Positions 1 to 8,479 of a stretch of 42,464 bases of DNA are shown one piece after another. A program made the translations under genes and the position numbers. Each line of letters opens with the position of its first letter. Positions within the stretch are counted from its first letter, which is position 1. The notes beneath the pieces are model-generated. The model did not search any database, was not told where the DNA came from, and saw only the letters and a list, made by a program, of their open reading frames with translations. The DNA lies in sequence record SRR20825010_1048; one strand, 5' to 3'.

Positions 1-171
1 GACTGGGCCACCAACTGCCCGGAATACAAGGTGACTGCCGTGCAGGTAGAGAAGGTTTCGCAGCCGTCAGAATGGCAACGCCACTTCGAGCGGTTTGACC
101 AGCGCCAACAAGGCCTACTGGAACCGTCGGCCAGCCATGTGGAGCAACCCGATGCCACGGTACTCAAATAA
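1..171 (+). CDS. fdsA: 3' end (partial) of formate dehydrogenase alpha subunit
   Basis: Frame 1 reads DWATNCPEYKVTAVQV...LK* with TAA at 169-171. This is the typical C-terminal motif of FdsA/FdhF, and fdhD and fdsD follow. Confidence 0.85.
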   Translation, partial: DWATNCPEYKVTAVQVEKVSQPSEWQRHFERFDQRQQGLLEPSASHVEQPDATVLK

Positions 172-187
172 CCCGGAGCTGGCAGTC

Positions 188-1042
188 ATGCCAGTGATGG
201 GGCCGGACTCTGAGAAGGGTACGTCAGCGTCCTGTGACCTGCCGGTGGAGGTTCATGGCGGTATTGAGGGCGCCCCCGGCCAGGATAGTGTTGCCGAAGA
301 GGTGCCGGTGGCGATGGTTTATAACGGCATATCCCATGCGGTAATGATGGCATCGCCTTGTGATCTGGAGGATTTTGCACTGGGTTTCAGTCTGACCGAA
401 GGCATTATCGACAGCCCCGGGCAGTTGTTTAACCTGAACGTACATGCCGTCGACGAGGGCATCGCTATCGAGATGCACATCGCCGGCGACTGTTTTGCCC
501 GTTTGCGCCAACAGCGACGGAATATGACCGGACGAACCGGCTGCGGGCTATGCGGCACCGAATCCCTGGCCCATGCGGTCCGGGCGATCCCACGCGTGCC
601 GCTTCGCCCGATACCGGATGATGAAGACGTTCAGCGCGCTCTGAGCAGCCTTCGGCACTACCAGCCCCTGCAGGAACAGACCGGCGCCACCCACGGTGCA
701 GCCTGGTGCGATAGCCAGGGCCGCATCGAACTGGTTCGGGAAGATGTCGGCCGTCATAACGCACTCGATAAACTGATCGGCGCACGGATACACAAGAAGG
801 GCGAGTCGGCCTTCGACGATGGCTTTGCACTGGTTTCCAGTCGCGCCAGCTTCGAGATGGTGCAGAAAAGTGCCAGTGTCGGTATTGGTTGCCTGGTGGC
901 TGTCTCTGCGGCCACGGCACTGGCGGTCCGGGAAGCGCGAACGGCCGGCATGACCCTGATCGGGTTCGCCCGCCCTGGGCGGCATGTCATCTACAATCGG
1001 GGCGACAGTGGCCAACCTTCCGAGGAACGCGAGCATGAGTGA
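188..1042 (+). CDS. fdhD: Formate dehydrogenase accessory sulfurtransferase FdhD/FdsC
   Basis: Motifs AEEVPVA, TGCGLCG, EDVGRHNALDKLIG, SSRASFEMVQK. ATG 188 has GGAG upstream, so it is preferred over the ORF-track start at 95. Confidence 0.93.
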   Translation: MPVMGPDSEKGTSASCDLPVEVHGGIEGAPGQDSVAEEVPVAMVYNGISHAVMMASPCDLEDFALGFSLTEGIIDSPGQLFNLNVHAVDEGIAIEMHIAGDCFARLRQQRRNMTGRTGCGLCGTESLAHAVRAIPRVPLRPIPDDEDVQRALSSLRHYQPLQEQTGATHGAAWCDSQGRIELVREDVGRHNALDKLIGARIHKKGESAFDDGFALVSSRASFEMVQKSASVGIGCLVAVSAATALAVREARTAGMTLIGFARPGRHVIYNRGDSGQPSEEREHE

Positions 1043-1256
1043 CCAGCAGTTGCGGAACCTGATCAAGATGATCAACCAGATCAGTGATAACAACCTCCAT
1101 CATGGCGATGAGGTCGAGGCGGCGGAGGTGGTCGCCACCCACATCAGGAAGTTCTGGGCCCGGAGTATGAAACAGCAGATCAGCGATTATGCAACGTCGG
1201 ACGGGGCAGAGTTGAATGCCGTTTCCCGGCTGGCCGTCGAGCGCCTCTCGTTGTAA
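1035..1256 (+). CDS. fdsD: Formate dehydrogenase delta subunit FdsD
   Basis: 73 aa, LIKMINQI...VATHIRKFWARSMKQQI. Overlaps the fdhD stop. Confidence 0.88.
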   Translation: MSDQQLRNLIKMINQISDNNLHHGDEVEAAEVVATHIRKFWARSMKQQISDYATSDGAELNAVSRLAVERLSL

Positions 1257-1279
1257 GAACTGATGGTTTTGATTTAGAC

Positions 1280-1298
1280 AATGAGAATTGTTAGCATT
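1280..1298. promoter_or_regulatory. Fur box
   Basis: AATGAGAATTGTTAGCATT resembles the 9-1-9 Fur palindrome AATGATAATnATTATCATT and lies upstream of a TonB receptor. Confidence 0.8.
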
Positions 1299-1376
1299 TG
1301 CACCTCGTTAACATGAGGTAATGTCTGTCATCCTGAAGGGTGCGGGCAAAATGCATTAACCATTCGAGATTTGTCT

Positions 1377-3506
1377 ATGAAAACTCCGGAGTCACGTCCC
1401 CTGCTGCTGGCGCTGGCCATAGCGGCTGTTCACGGTTCTGCACTGGCGCAATCTTCGTCCAATACCCAATCCGGCGACAACGCCAAAGCGTTACCGGACC
1501 TGGTTATCACGGCCACCCGCAACAAAAGCACAGCGGGAGAGACTCCGCAGAAGACAACCATCATTACCCGCGAGCAGATCGAACAACAGCAGGCGATTTC
1601 CAATGACCCCGGCCAGGTGCTGAGCAACCTGATTCCTTCCTACTCTCCGGGCCGTCAGAAACTGTCCAACGCCGGTGAAACCTTCCGGGGCCGGTCACCC
1701 CTGTTCCTGGTGGACGGTGTGCCGCAGAGCAATCCACTGCGGGACAGCGCGCGGGACAGCTACACCATCGATCTGGATATGGTCGAGCGTATCGAAGTAA
1801 TCCACGGTGCCAGTGCGGAGCACGGCCTGGGTGCGACGGGTGGCATCATCAATTTTGTAACTCGCAGGCCCGACAGCGGTGAGGTTTCCCAGTCTGTGTC
1901 GGCCAGCGTGACCAGTGACGACAACGTGGACTCCGATGGCCAGGGTTACAAAGTGGGCTACCGGATCAGCGGTCAGCAGGGCCGCTGGGACTATCTTCTG
2001 GGCGGGAACATTCAGGAGCGCGGCGTGTTCTACGATGGCGAGGACCGCCTGATCGGGGTGGCCTATCCCGGTGAACTCCAGAACACCGAAAGCTATGACG
2101 TATTGGCCAAGCTGGGTTACTGGCTGGATGACGACCAGAACGTGGAGTTTTTCATCAACCGCTTCCAACTGGAAGGCAAAGGCGGTTACGTACCGGTACC
2201 CGGCGACCGCGACAACGGAGTACCCACAACAGCACGTCCAGGCATCATTGATGGTGAACCGGGAGAGAACGAAGTCACCACCGCTCGCCTTTCTTACTCG
2301 CACGGCGATTGGCTGGGCAACCAGGTGGATACCCAGCTATACAGCCAGACCTTCCGGGCCCGGTTTGCCACCACGCCGTTCTTCCCCTATGTGGACGCCA
2401 ACGGCAACGATCAGCTCGACCAGACCCGTAATGAATCCGACAAGGTGGGCGCCAAGTTCACCCTCACCCGCGACGGCCTGCTGAACGATTACCTGACCCT
2501 GACAACGGGGCTGGATGTTCTTCAGGATGAAACCCGCCAGACGCTGGTGGAAACCGGGCGTACCTACGTACCCAAATCGCAGTTCCGCAACTACGCAGCC
2601 TTCCTGCAGGGCGATGTTGCGGTCACCAACCGTTTGACCCTGCACACCGGTGTCCGCTATGAACATGCGGAGCTTAAGGTCGACACCTACAACACCATCG
2701 ACCGTAGCAATGTCACCCAGGATAACGTCACCGTCCAGGGTGGCAATCCGGACTTCAATGAAACCCTGTTCAATGCGGGTGTTGTCTATCAGGCGACGGA
2801 CCAGTTGCAGCTGTTTGCGAACTATTCCGAGGGCTTCGGCATGCCAGATGTTGGCCGTGTACTGAGGGGAATCAGCGACGCGGGGCAGGACGTTGATAAT
2901 CTGTTGGTACTGGAGCCGATCATCACTGATAACCGTGAGATTGGTGGCCGTTTCGACTGGGACCGCTATCACTTTGAGGTGAGTTACTACGAGTCGGATT
3001 CCGACTTTGGTGAGCGCCTGACGGAAGTGAACGGCACCTGGGTCGGCAACCGGGAAAAAACCGAGATCCAGGGTGTGGAAGTCACCGCCGATGCGGACCT
3101 GAACGACGCGCATAACCTGGCGTTCTCCTACACCTATGCGGATGGTGAGTCCGACACCGACGGTGATGGCGATGTAGACACTGAGCTGAGTGGCATCAAT
3201 ATTGCGCCGGAAACCCTGAAACTGAGCTGGTCAGCTGCCTGGACGAAGAGGCTGTCGAGCCACCTTCAGTTCACCCAGTTCCTGGACCGGGACATCGAAG
3301 GGGATGACCTGGACTTCGACGGATACGGGTTGGTGGATGGCTCTATGGCCTACCGGACCCGTGCCGGGAAGTTCTCCCTGGGCATCGAGAACCTGCTGGA
3401 TAAGGACTACTTCACGTACTACTCCCAGTCTGCCCGGGTGAGTGACGAGTACTATTTCCAGGGCCGTGGCCGCACCGTCACCCTTGGTTATCAGCTCGAC
3501 TTCTGA
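1377..3506 (+). CDS. TonB-dependent ferric-siderophore receptor (IutA/RhtA-like)
   Basis: Signal peptide, TonB-box-like DLVITATR, plug motif LVDGVPQ...ERIEVIHG...GGIINFVT, C-terminal NLLDKDY...GRTVTLGYQLDF. Confidence 0.93.
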   Translation: MKTPESRPLLLALAIAAVHGSALAQSSSNTQSGDNAKALPDLVITATRNKSTAGETPQKTTIITREQIEQQQAISNDPGQVLSNLIPSYSPGRQKLSNAGETFRGRSPLFLVDGVPQSNPLRDSARDSYTIDLDMVERIEVIHGASAEHGLGATGGIINFVTRRPDSGEVSQSVSASVTSDDNVDSDGQGYKVGYRISGQQGRWDYLLGGNIQERGVFYDGEDRLIGVAYPGELQNTESYDVLAKLGYWLDDDQNVEFFINRFQLEGKGGYVPVPGDRDNGVPTTARPGIIDGEPGENEVTTARLSYSHGDWLGNQVDTQLYSQTFRARFATTPFFPYVDANGNDQLDQTRNESDKVGAKFTLTRDGLLNDYLTLTTGLDVLQDETRQTLVETGRTYVPKSQFRNYAAFLQGDVAVTNRLTLHTGVRYEHAELKVDTYNTIDRSNVTQDNVTVQGGNPDFNETLFNAGVVYQATDQLQLFANYSEGFGMPDVGRVLRGISDAGQDVDNLLVLEPIITDNREIGGRFDWDRYHFEVSYYESDSDFGERLTEVNGTWVGNREKTEIQGVEVTADADLNDAHNLAFSYTYADGESDTDGDGDVDTELSGINIAPETLKLSWSAAWTKRLSSHLQFTQFLDRDIEGDDLDFDGYGLVDGSMAYRTRAGKFSLGIENLLDKDYFTYYSQSARVSDEYYFQGRGRTVTLGYQLDF

Positions 3507-3520
3507 GCAGTCGGCATCCC

Positions 3521-3551
3521 AAAGCCCGGGGCCTCAGTGCTCCGGGCTTTT
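3521..3551. terminator. Bidirectional intrinsic terminator
   Basis: AAAGCCCGG...CCGGGCTTTT hairpin between convergent genes. Confidence 0.8.
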
Positions 3552-3555
3552 ACTG

Positions 3556-4602
3556 TCACCCCAGTTCCCGCCTGAGTCGGTACAGCAGGTACACGAAGAA
3601 GGGCGCGCCGATGCCTGCAACAAAAATACCTGCCGGTAGATCCCTGGGTATGAACGCTACCCGACCCACCCAGTCCGCATAAAGAAGAATCAATGCGCCG
3701 ATCAGTGCCGCGATGGGCAACAGCCCCGTGTGGCCACTGTTGACCAGTCGTCGCGCCATGTGTGGCGCAATCAGGCCGATGAACCCGACCGCCCCGGCAT
3801 AGGCCACGGCAGAGCCGGCGAGGGCCACTGCCAGCACCAGGAACAGCAAACGATGGCCCTGTAGGGCGCTACCCAGGCCCAGCGCCATATCTTCCCCCAT
3901 GGATTGTGCATCGAGGTGTCTGAGCTTGATCAGCGCCAGGGGCCAGCACGCCATCAGCCAGGGAGCCAGGGCGGTGACGTCGTGCCACTGCGAGGCGTAG
4001 AGGCTGCCAGTGAGCCAGATATAGGCGTTCATTGCGGTGGCATCGGGGCTCAGGACCAACAGCAGGGTGGTCACTGCGGTCAGCCCGGCTGCCAGCCCGA
4101 CGCCCACCAGCACCAGCCTGGCGGGGCTGATCCCCCTCTGCCAGGCCAGGGCCGTAATGCCCAGGGCCACGACAAAGGCGCCCCCCATGGCGACGGGCGC
4201 CAGTAGCAGCGAGGTTCCGGTGACACCCCCGAGCCAGAGGAACAGCACCGCGGCGGCCGACGCCCCACTGGTGATGCCAATGACATCCGGTGACGCCAGC
4301 GGGTTTCTCACCAGACCTTGCAGGATCAGTCCAGCTGAGCCCAGAGCAGCGCCCACCAGTATGGCCATGAGTATTCTGGGCAGGCGAATTTCCAGAATAA
4401 TCAGTGCCAGCTCTGACTGATCCGGGGCGGCCAGGGTGCCGAGTACCTCCATAACCGAGGTGGGATGGCTGCCAGACGTCAGCGCGAGAACACTGCTGAC
4501 AGCCAGTACCACTGCGAGCACACCGGTGACCACCAGAACTCTGGTATTGAGTTTGATCGACCAGTGGTCATTGCGGGAGCGAAGTATCAGGGTTCGGCTC
4601 AT
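3556..4602 (-). CDS. Fe-siderophore ABC permease (FecD-like)
   Basis: IRLPRILMA, RNPLASPDVIGI, GFIGLIAPHMARRL, DLPAGIFVAGIGAPFF. Confidence 0.92.
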   Translation of the reverse strand: MSRTLILRSRNDHWSIKLNTRVLVVTGVLAVVLAVSSVLALTSGSHPTSVMEVLGTLAAPDQSELALIILEIRLPRILMAILVGAALGSAGLILQGLVRNPLASPDVIGITSGASAAAVLFLWLGGVTGTSLLLAPVAMGGAFVVALGITALAWQRGISPARLVLVGVGLAAGLTAVTTLLLVLSPDATAMNAYIWLTGSLYASQWHDVTALAPWLMACWPLALIKLRHLDAQSMGEDMALGLGSALQGHRLLFLVLAVALAGSAVAYAGAVGFIGLIAPHMARRLVNSGHTGLLPIAALIGALILLYADWVGRVAFIPRDLPAGIFVAGIGAPFFVYLLYRLRRELG

Positions 4603-5603
4603 GATACTTTCCTCACGTGTCGGGCGAGATGGAGGAACAGCGGTGTGCCCAGCAGCGCTGTCATGACTCCCACGGGAATCTCCTGGGGTGGTATCACCAG
4701 CCTGGCGGTGGTGTCGGCAGCCAGCAGCAGCGTGGCGCCAATAATGGCCGACAGGGGTAGCAGCCAGCGATGATCCGTGCCAAAGAGGCCGCGAGCCATG
4801 TGTGGCACGATCAGGCCGACAAAGCCGATCAGCCCCGCCATGGCCACCGAAGTGCCTGCCAGGACAATCACCACCAGACCGATCAACAATCGCACCTGCC
4901 CTACTCTGAGCCCCAGGCCGCGGATGACCTCATCGTCCAGCCCGAGCAGGTTCAATTGCCGGGACAATAGCAACGCGAGGATCAGGGCGCCGCCGAACAG
5001 CGGCAACAATGGCGCTATCGCATCCAGGTCGCGCCCTGAAACGGAACCCGCCAGCCAGAACAGGATGCTTTCGAAACGGTCCTGGTTGAGGATCAGCAAC
5101 CCCTGGGCAAAGGAGACGAACAGCGCTGTCACCGCGACGCCGGCGAGCACCGTGCGCACGGGCGAAACCCCGCGCCCGGCTTCCTGCCCCAGAAAATACA
5201 CCAGCACGGCGGCCGTGGCGGCGCCGGTAAAGGCGGCCCATACCAGTTGCGATGGCGAGGTCAGCGAAAACAGCGTGGCGCCGACAACCACGAAAAACAT
5301 GGCGCCGGCATTGATGCCGAGAATGCCGGGTGACGCCAGAGGGTTGCGGGTCAGCGTCTGCATCAGCGCCCCGGCAATGGCCAGGCCGGCACCTACGACC
5401 ACGGAGGTCACGGTTCGCGAAAAGCGTTCCGAGTGAATGACCAGATGTTCGAGGGATCCGGGATCGTAGTCCGTCAGGCTGTTGATCAGCATCTCCAGTG
5501 ACACAGGAATGTGACCGAATATCAGGCTTGATACCGTAGCGGCCAGCAGCAGGCCCAGGCAGAGTAGGGTTCCCAGCGTTTTTGCCGGTGGGGTGGTCAG
5601 CAT
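4599..5603 (-). CDS. Fe-siderophore ABC permease (FecC-like)
   Basis: QTLTRNPLASPGILGIN, GFVGLIVPHMAR, EIPVGVMTALLGTP. Start is ATG 5603 (alternative GTG 5612). Confidence 0.92.
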   Translation of the reverse strand: MLTTPPAKTLGTLLCLGLLLAATVSSLIFGHIPVSLEMLINSLTDYDPGSLEHLVIHSERFSRTVTSVVVGAGLAIAGALMQTLTRNPLASPGILGINAGAMFFVVVGATLFSLTSPSQLVWAAFTGAATAAVLVYFLGQEAGRGVSPVRTVLAGVAVTALFVSFAQGLLILNQDRFESILFWLAGSVSGRDLDAIAPLLPLFGGALILALLLSRQLNLLGLDDEVIRGLGLRVGQVRLLIGLVVIVLAGTSVAMAGLIGFVGLIVPHMARGLFGTDHRWLLPLSAIIGATLLLAADTTARLVIPPQEIPVGVMTALLGTPLFLHLARHVRKVS

Positions 5604-6553
5604 CGTGGGCACCCCTGACGCTCAGGTTGATGAAGGTCGTAGTGCTGGTAGAGCTCGTCCAGCATCTGATTGGCGGCAATAATGCCAGCGCCCATGTTCC
5701 AGGTGACCGGGTCCACCTGATAGACGTCGTTTTGCCGCACGGCTTTCAGGTTTTTCCAAAGGGGGTGGCTGGACCAGGTGTTGAACGTGCGCTGAACGGC
5801 GGGATCGTCCTCCATGAAGATGAAGACGGCCTCGGCGTCCATGGCCGGGATGCTTTCCTGGCTGGTAAGCTTTATGCCCCAGCTTTCCTGGCGATGGGAG
5901 GCTGGGGCAGTGAAGCCAAGCTCGTCCAGCACGGAGCGGGCGAAGCCGCCGTAGTAGATGCGGGCATGGTCGGCCCGAAAACTCAGGATTGCTACCTCCT
6001 GGGGCCACTGTTCACCCAGCTTTTGGCGGATTCGGGTTCTGAAATCCTCAACCCGTTCCTGCCAGCGCGTCAGCAATTCCTCACCGCGAGCCGTGCGGCC
6101 GGTGGCCTTTGCCATCATCGTAAGCAGTGCCTTGAAGTCGTAGACATTGCCCGGTATGACCGTGGGCGCGATGCGTTCCAGCAAGGGGTAGATGGTGCGA
6201 TGCCGGTTCCTGGCGCCAACAATCAGGTCCGGCGACAGCCAGGCGATGCGCTCCAGGTCAGGCTGGGTTTCCAACCCCAGATAGGTCACGCCCTGAAGGT
6301 CTTCACGCAGATACTGATACATCGGCTTTTCGGTCCAGGACTCCACCACGCCTATGGGGTTGATCCCCAGCGCCACAGCGGTATCGGTGGCGCCCTGATA
6401 CAGGGATACCACACGATCAGGCCGGCCCGCGGTGGTAGCTTCACCAAGGGCATGCTCCACGGTGGTTACCGGGGTAGTTGTGATGGCAGCGATGGCTGCG
6501 GGGGATTGAAGGAGACAGGTAACGATCAGCAGGAAGCTGGCGTAGCGGTGCAT
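5597..6553 (-). CDS. Fe-siderophore ABC periplasmic binding protein (FecB/YfiY-like)
   Basis: Signal peptide; TVEHALG...PDRVVSL, QPDLERIAWLSPDLIVG, LWKNLKAVRQNDVYQVD. Confidence 0.9.
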   Translation of the reverse strand: MHRYASFLLIVTCLLQSPAAIAAITTTPVTTVEHALGEATTAGRPDRVVSLYQGATDTAVALGINPIGVVESWTEKPMYQYLREDLQGVTYLGLETQPDLERIAWLSPDLIVGARNRHRTIYPLLERIAPTVIPGNVYDFKALLTMMAKATGRTARGEELLTRWQERVEDFRTRIRQKLGEQWPQEVAILSFRADHARIYYGGFARSVLDELGFTAPASHRQESWGIKLTSQESIPAMDAEAVFIFMEDDPAVQRTFNTWSSHPLWKNLKAVRQNDVYQVDPVTWNMGAGIIAANQMLDELYQHYDLHQPERQGCPRC

Positions 6554-6609
6554 GATAAATCCGGTTGTTTAGCGGACAGCAACTATGGGCTGATTTGATG
6601 GGGTCAATT

Positions 6610-6638
6610 TGATAATGAGAATGGGAGATAATATCATC
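6610..6638. promoter_or_regulatory. Probable Fur box in divergent promoter
   Basis: TGATAATGAGAATGGGAGATAATATCATC contains GATAAT hexamer repeats and sits between the divergent binding-protein and ATPase genes. Confidence 0.65.
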
Positions 6639-6664
6639 TGACTTCACTCGAAAGCGACGCCAAT

Positions 6665-7531
6665 ATGCCCCTGAATCGACATTCCCCATCTCCGGACTAC
6701 GATCGCCAGCCACGACTGCGGGGTGACTCATTGTGCGCGGGATACGACGGCCGACCGGTGCTGACGGACGTGGATTTCACGGTGCGCGAGGGCAGTGTCA
6801 CCGTTCTGTTGGGACCGAATGGCTCGGGCAAATCCACCCTGCTCAAAACCCTGGCCCGAACGCTGACCCCCAGCGCTGGCAAGGTGCTTCTTGACGGCAA
6901 CGACATCCATCGTCAGCCCACCCGCACCGTCGCGCAACAGCTCGGAATACTGCCACAGAGCCCCACCGCCCCGGATGGGCTGACGGTCAGGGAGTTGGTA
7001 GGGCTTGGGCGTTTCCCCTATCAGAGCCTGATGCGCCAGTGGTCCCGGCACGACGAAGCCGCCGTTGAGGAGGCCATGGCCGTGGCGGACGTTGCGACGT
7101 TTGCTGACCGGCCGGTGGATGCGCTCAGTGGCGGGCAGCGTCAGCGCTGCTGGATTGCCATGGTGCTGGCCCAGGAAACCGATCTGCTTCTGCTTGATGA
7201 ACCCACCACGTTTCTGGACCTGAAGGTACAGGTGGACCTGCTGGAACTGCTGGTATCCCTGGCGCACACACAAGGGCGGACGCTGTTGGTAGTGCTCCAC
7301 GACCTCAACCTTGCGGCGGCCTACGCCGACCGGCTGGTAATGATGAAGGCGGGCCGGATTCTGCACGACGGCCCACCGGAGACCGTGTTTACCGCCGACA
7401 ACCTCAAGCAGGTGTTTGATCTTGATGCCCAGGTTATCCGTGAACCTTTGGCGGGCCGGCCGGTTTGTGTGCCGGTAAAACGAACCGTGGCAGAGACCGC
7501 CTCCTTTACCTCGCCGGTGGTAACGGCATGA
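6665..7531 (+). CDS. Fe-siderophore ABC ATPase (FecE/FhuC-like)
   Basis: Walker A GPNGSGKST, signature LSGGQRQR, LLLDEPTTFLD, VLHDLNLA. Confidence 0.93.
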   Translation: MPLNRHSPSPDYDRQPRLRGDSLCAGYDGRPVLTDVDFTVREGSVTVLLGPNGSGKSTLLKTLARTLTPSAGKVLLDGNDIHRQPTRTVAQQLGILPQSPTAPDGLTVRELVGLGRFPYQSLMRQWSRHDEAAVEEAMAVADVATFADRPVDALSGGQRQRCWIAMVLAQETDLLLLDEPTTFLDLKVQVDLLELLVSLAHTQGRTLLVVLHDLNLAAAYADRLVMMKAGRILHDGPPETVFTADNLKQVFDLDAQVIREPLAGRPVCVPVKRTVAETASFTSPVVTA

Positions 7532-8445
7532 GTGCCTCCGCCCATCGGTTCTGTGCTGTCGACAGTATTGAGGCCGGCGACCCTCTTGCCGGCACAGCAA
7601 CCCATGCCGAGAGTAATCTGCTGATCAGTTGGCCGCGGCCGAAGTGGTCACGAAGCCTGCGAATCGCCCGTGATATGGATGACGACCTGGCATCACGGGT
7701 CAACCGTCTTGCGGCGAGTGGACGGCGGGTGAACCTGATTCACCAGCGTGGTCGGCCGGCGCTCAGTCACCGACTTTACCTGTTGCCGGAAGGCCGCAGC
7801 TTTGACGTTGAGCGGCGTGACCTGCCGGCGTTTCTGGAGGCCCTGGAGTCCGGCAACGACCTGAGTGGGTGGGCCGGCACAGCGATGACGGACTCCCTGG
7901 TGTTGTGTTGCACCCATGGCCGCAAGGACAAGTGCTGTGCCAAGTTTGGATATGCGACCTATCAGGAGCTCGCCCGTACAGTCGCAGACCGGGACCTGCC
8001 GTTTGAGGTCTGGGAAAGTTCCCATCTGGGCGGATGCCGGCTTGCGGCGAGCATCATGGTGTTCCCGTCCATGCGCAAATATGGCCGCGTTGCGCCGGAA
8101 CAGGTGCTGCCTTTTCTGCAGCATGAGGCCGATGGCCTTCCTTACCTGCCCTGTTATCGTGGCCAGTCGCTGCTGACGCCTGCCCAACAGTGCGCTGAAA
8201 TCTCCGCCCTGGAGTGGCTTTCTGACAGAAACATTTGTGCGGCACTGTCAGTTGGTCCGGAAGCTTCCTGTGATGACAGCAAGGAGGTTGTGGTGCAAGT
8301 GGACTGGGCGTCGAATGATGATTCCGGGGCACTGACAGCCCGATGCGGCACCATGGAGGTCATGCGCGTCGATACCTGTGCGGACCTGGACGACGGCCCA
8401 ACGGCGTCGCTTTGCTGGGTGGTAAAAGACATAAGGCCGCTGTGA
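7528..8445 (+). CDS. Sucrase/ferredoxin-like (thioredoxin-fold 2Fe-2S) protein
   Basis: LCCTHGRKDKCCAKFG and WESSHLGGCRLA motifs; ATGA overlap with the ATPase stop. Confidence 0.85.
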   Translation: MSASAHRFCAVDSIEAGDPLAGTATHAESNLLISWPRPKWSRSLRIARDMDDDLASRVNRLAASGRRVNLIHQRGRPALSHRLYLLPEGRSFDVERRDLPAFLEALESGNDLSGWAGTAMTDSLVLCCTHGRKDKCCAKFGYATYQELARTVADRDLPFEVWESSHLGGCRLAASIMVFPSMRKYGRVAPEQVLPFLQHEADGLPYLPCYRGQSLLTPAQQCAEISALEWLSDRNICAALSVGPEASCDDSKEVVVQVDWASNDDSGALTARCGTMEVMRVDTCADLDDGPTASLCWVVKDIRPL

Positions 8446-8457
8446 GCGGCCTTATGT
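8429..8457. terminator. Perfect 13-bp hairpin between convergent genes (probable terminator)
   Basis: ACATAAGGCCGCT-GTG-AGCGGCCTTATGT. Confidence 0.65.
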
Positions 8458-8479
8458 GTGGTGTTTACCTGTCCAACGT

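Noticed and set aside
95-187. N-terminal extension of fdhD in the ORF track
   Set aside because: It overlaps the fdsA 3' end in another frame. ATG 188 has a proper RBS.
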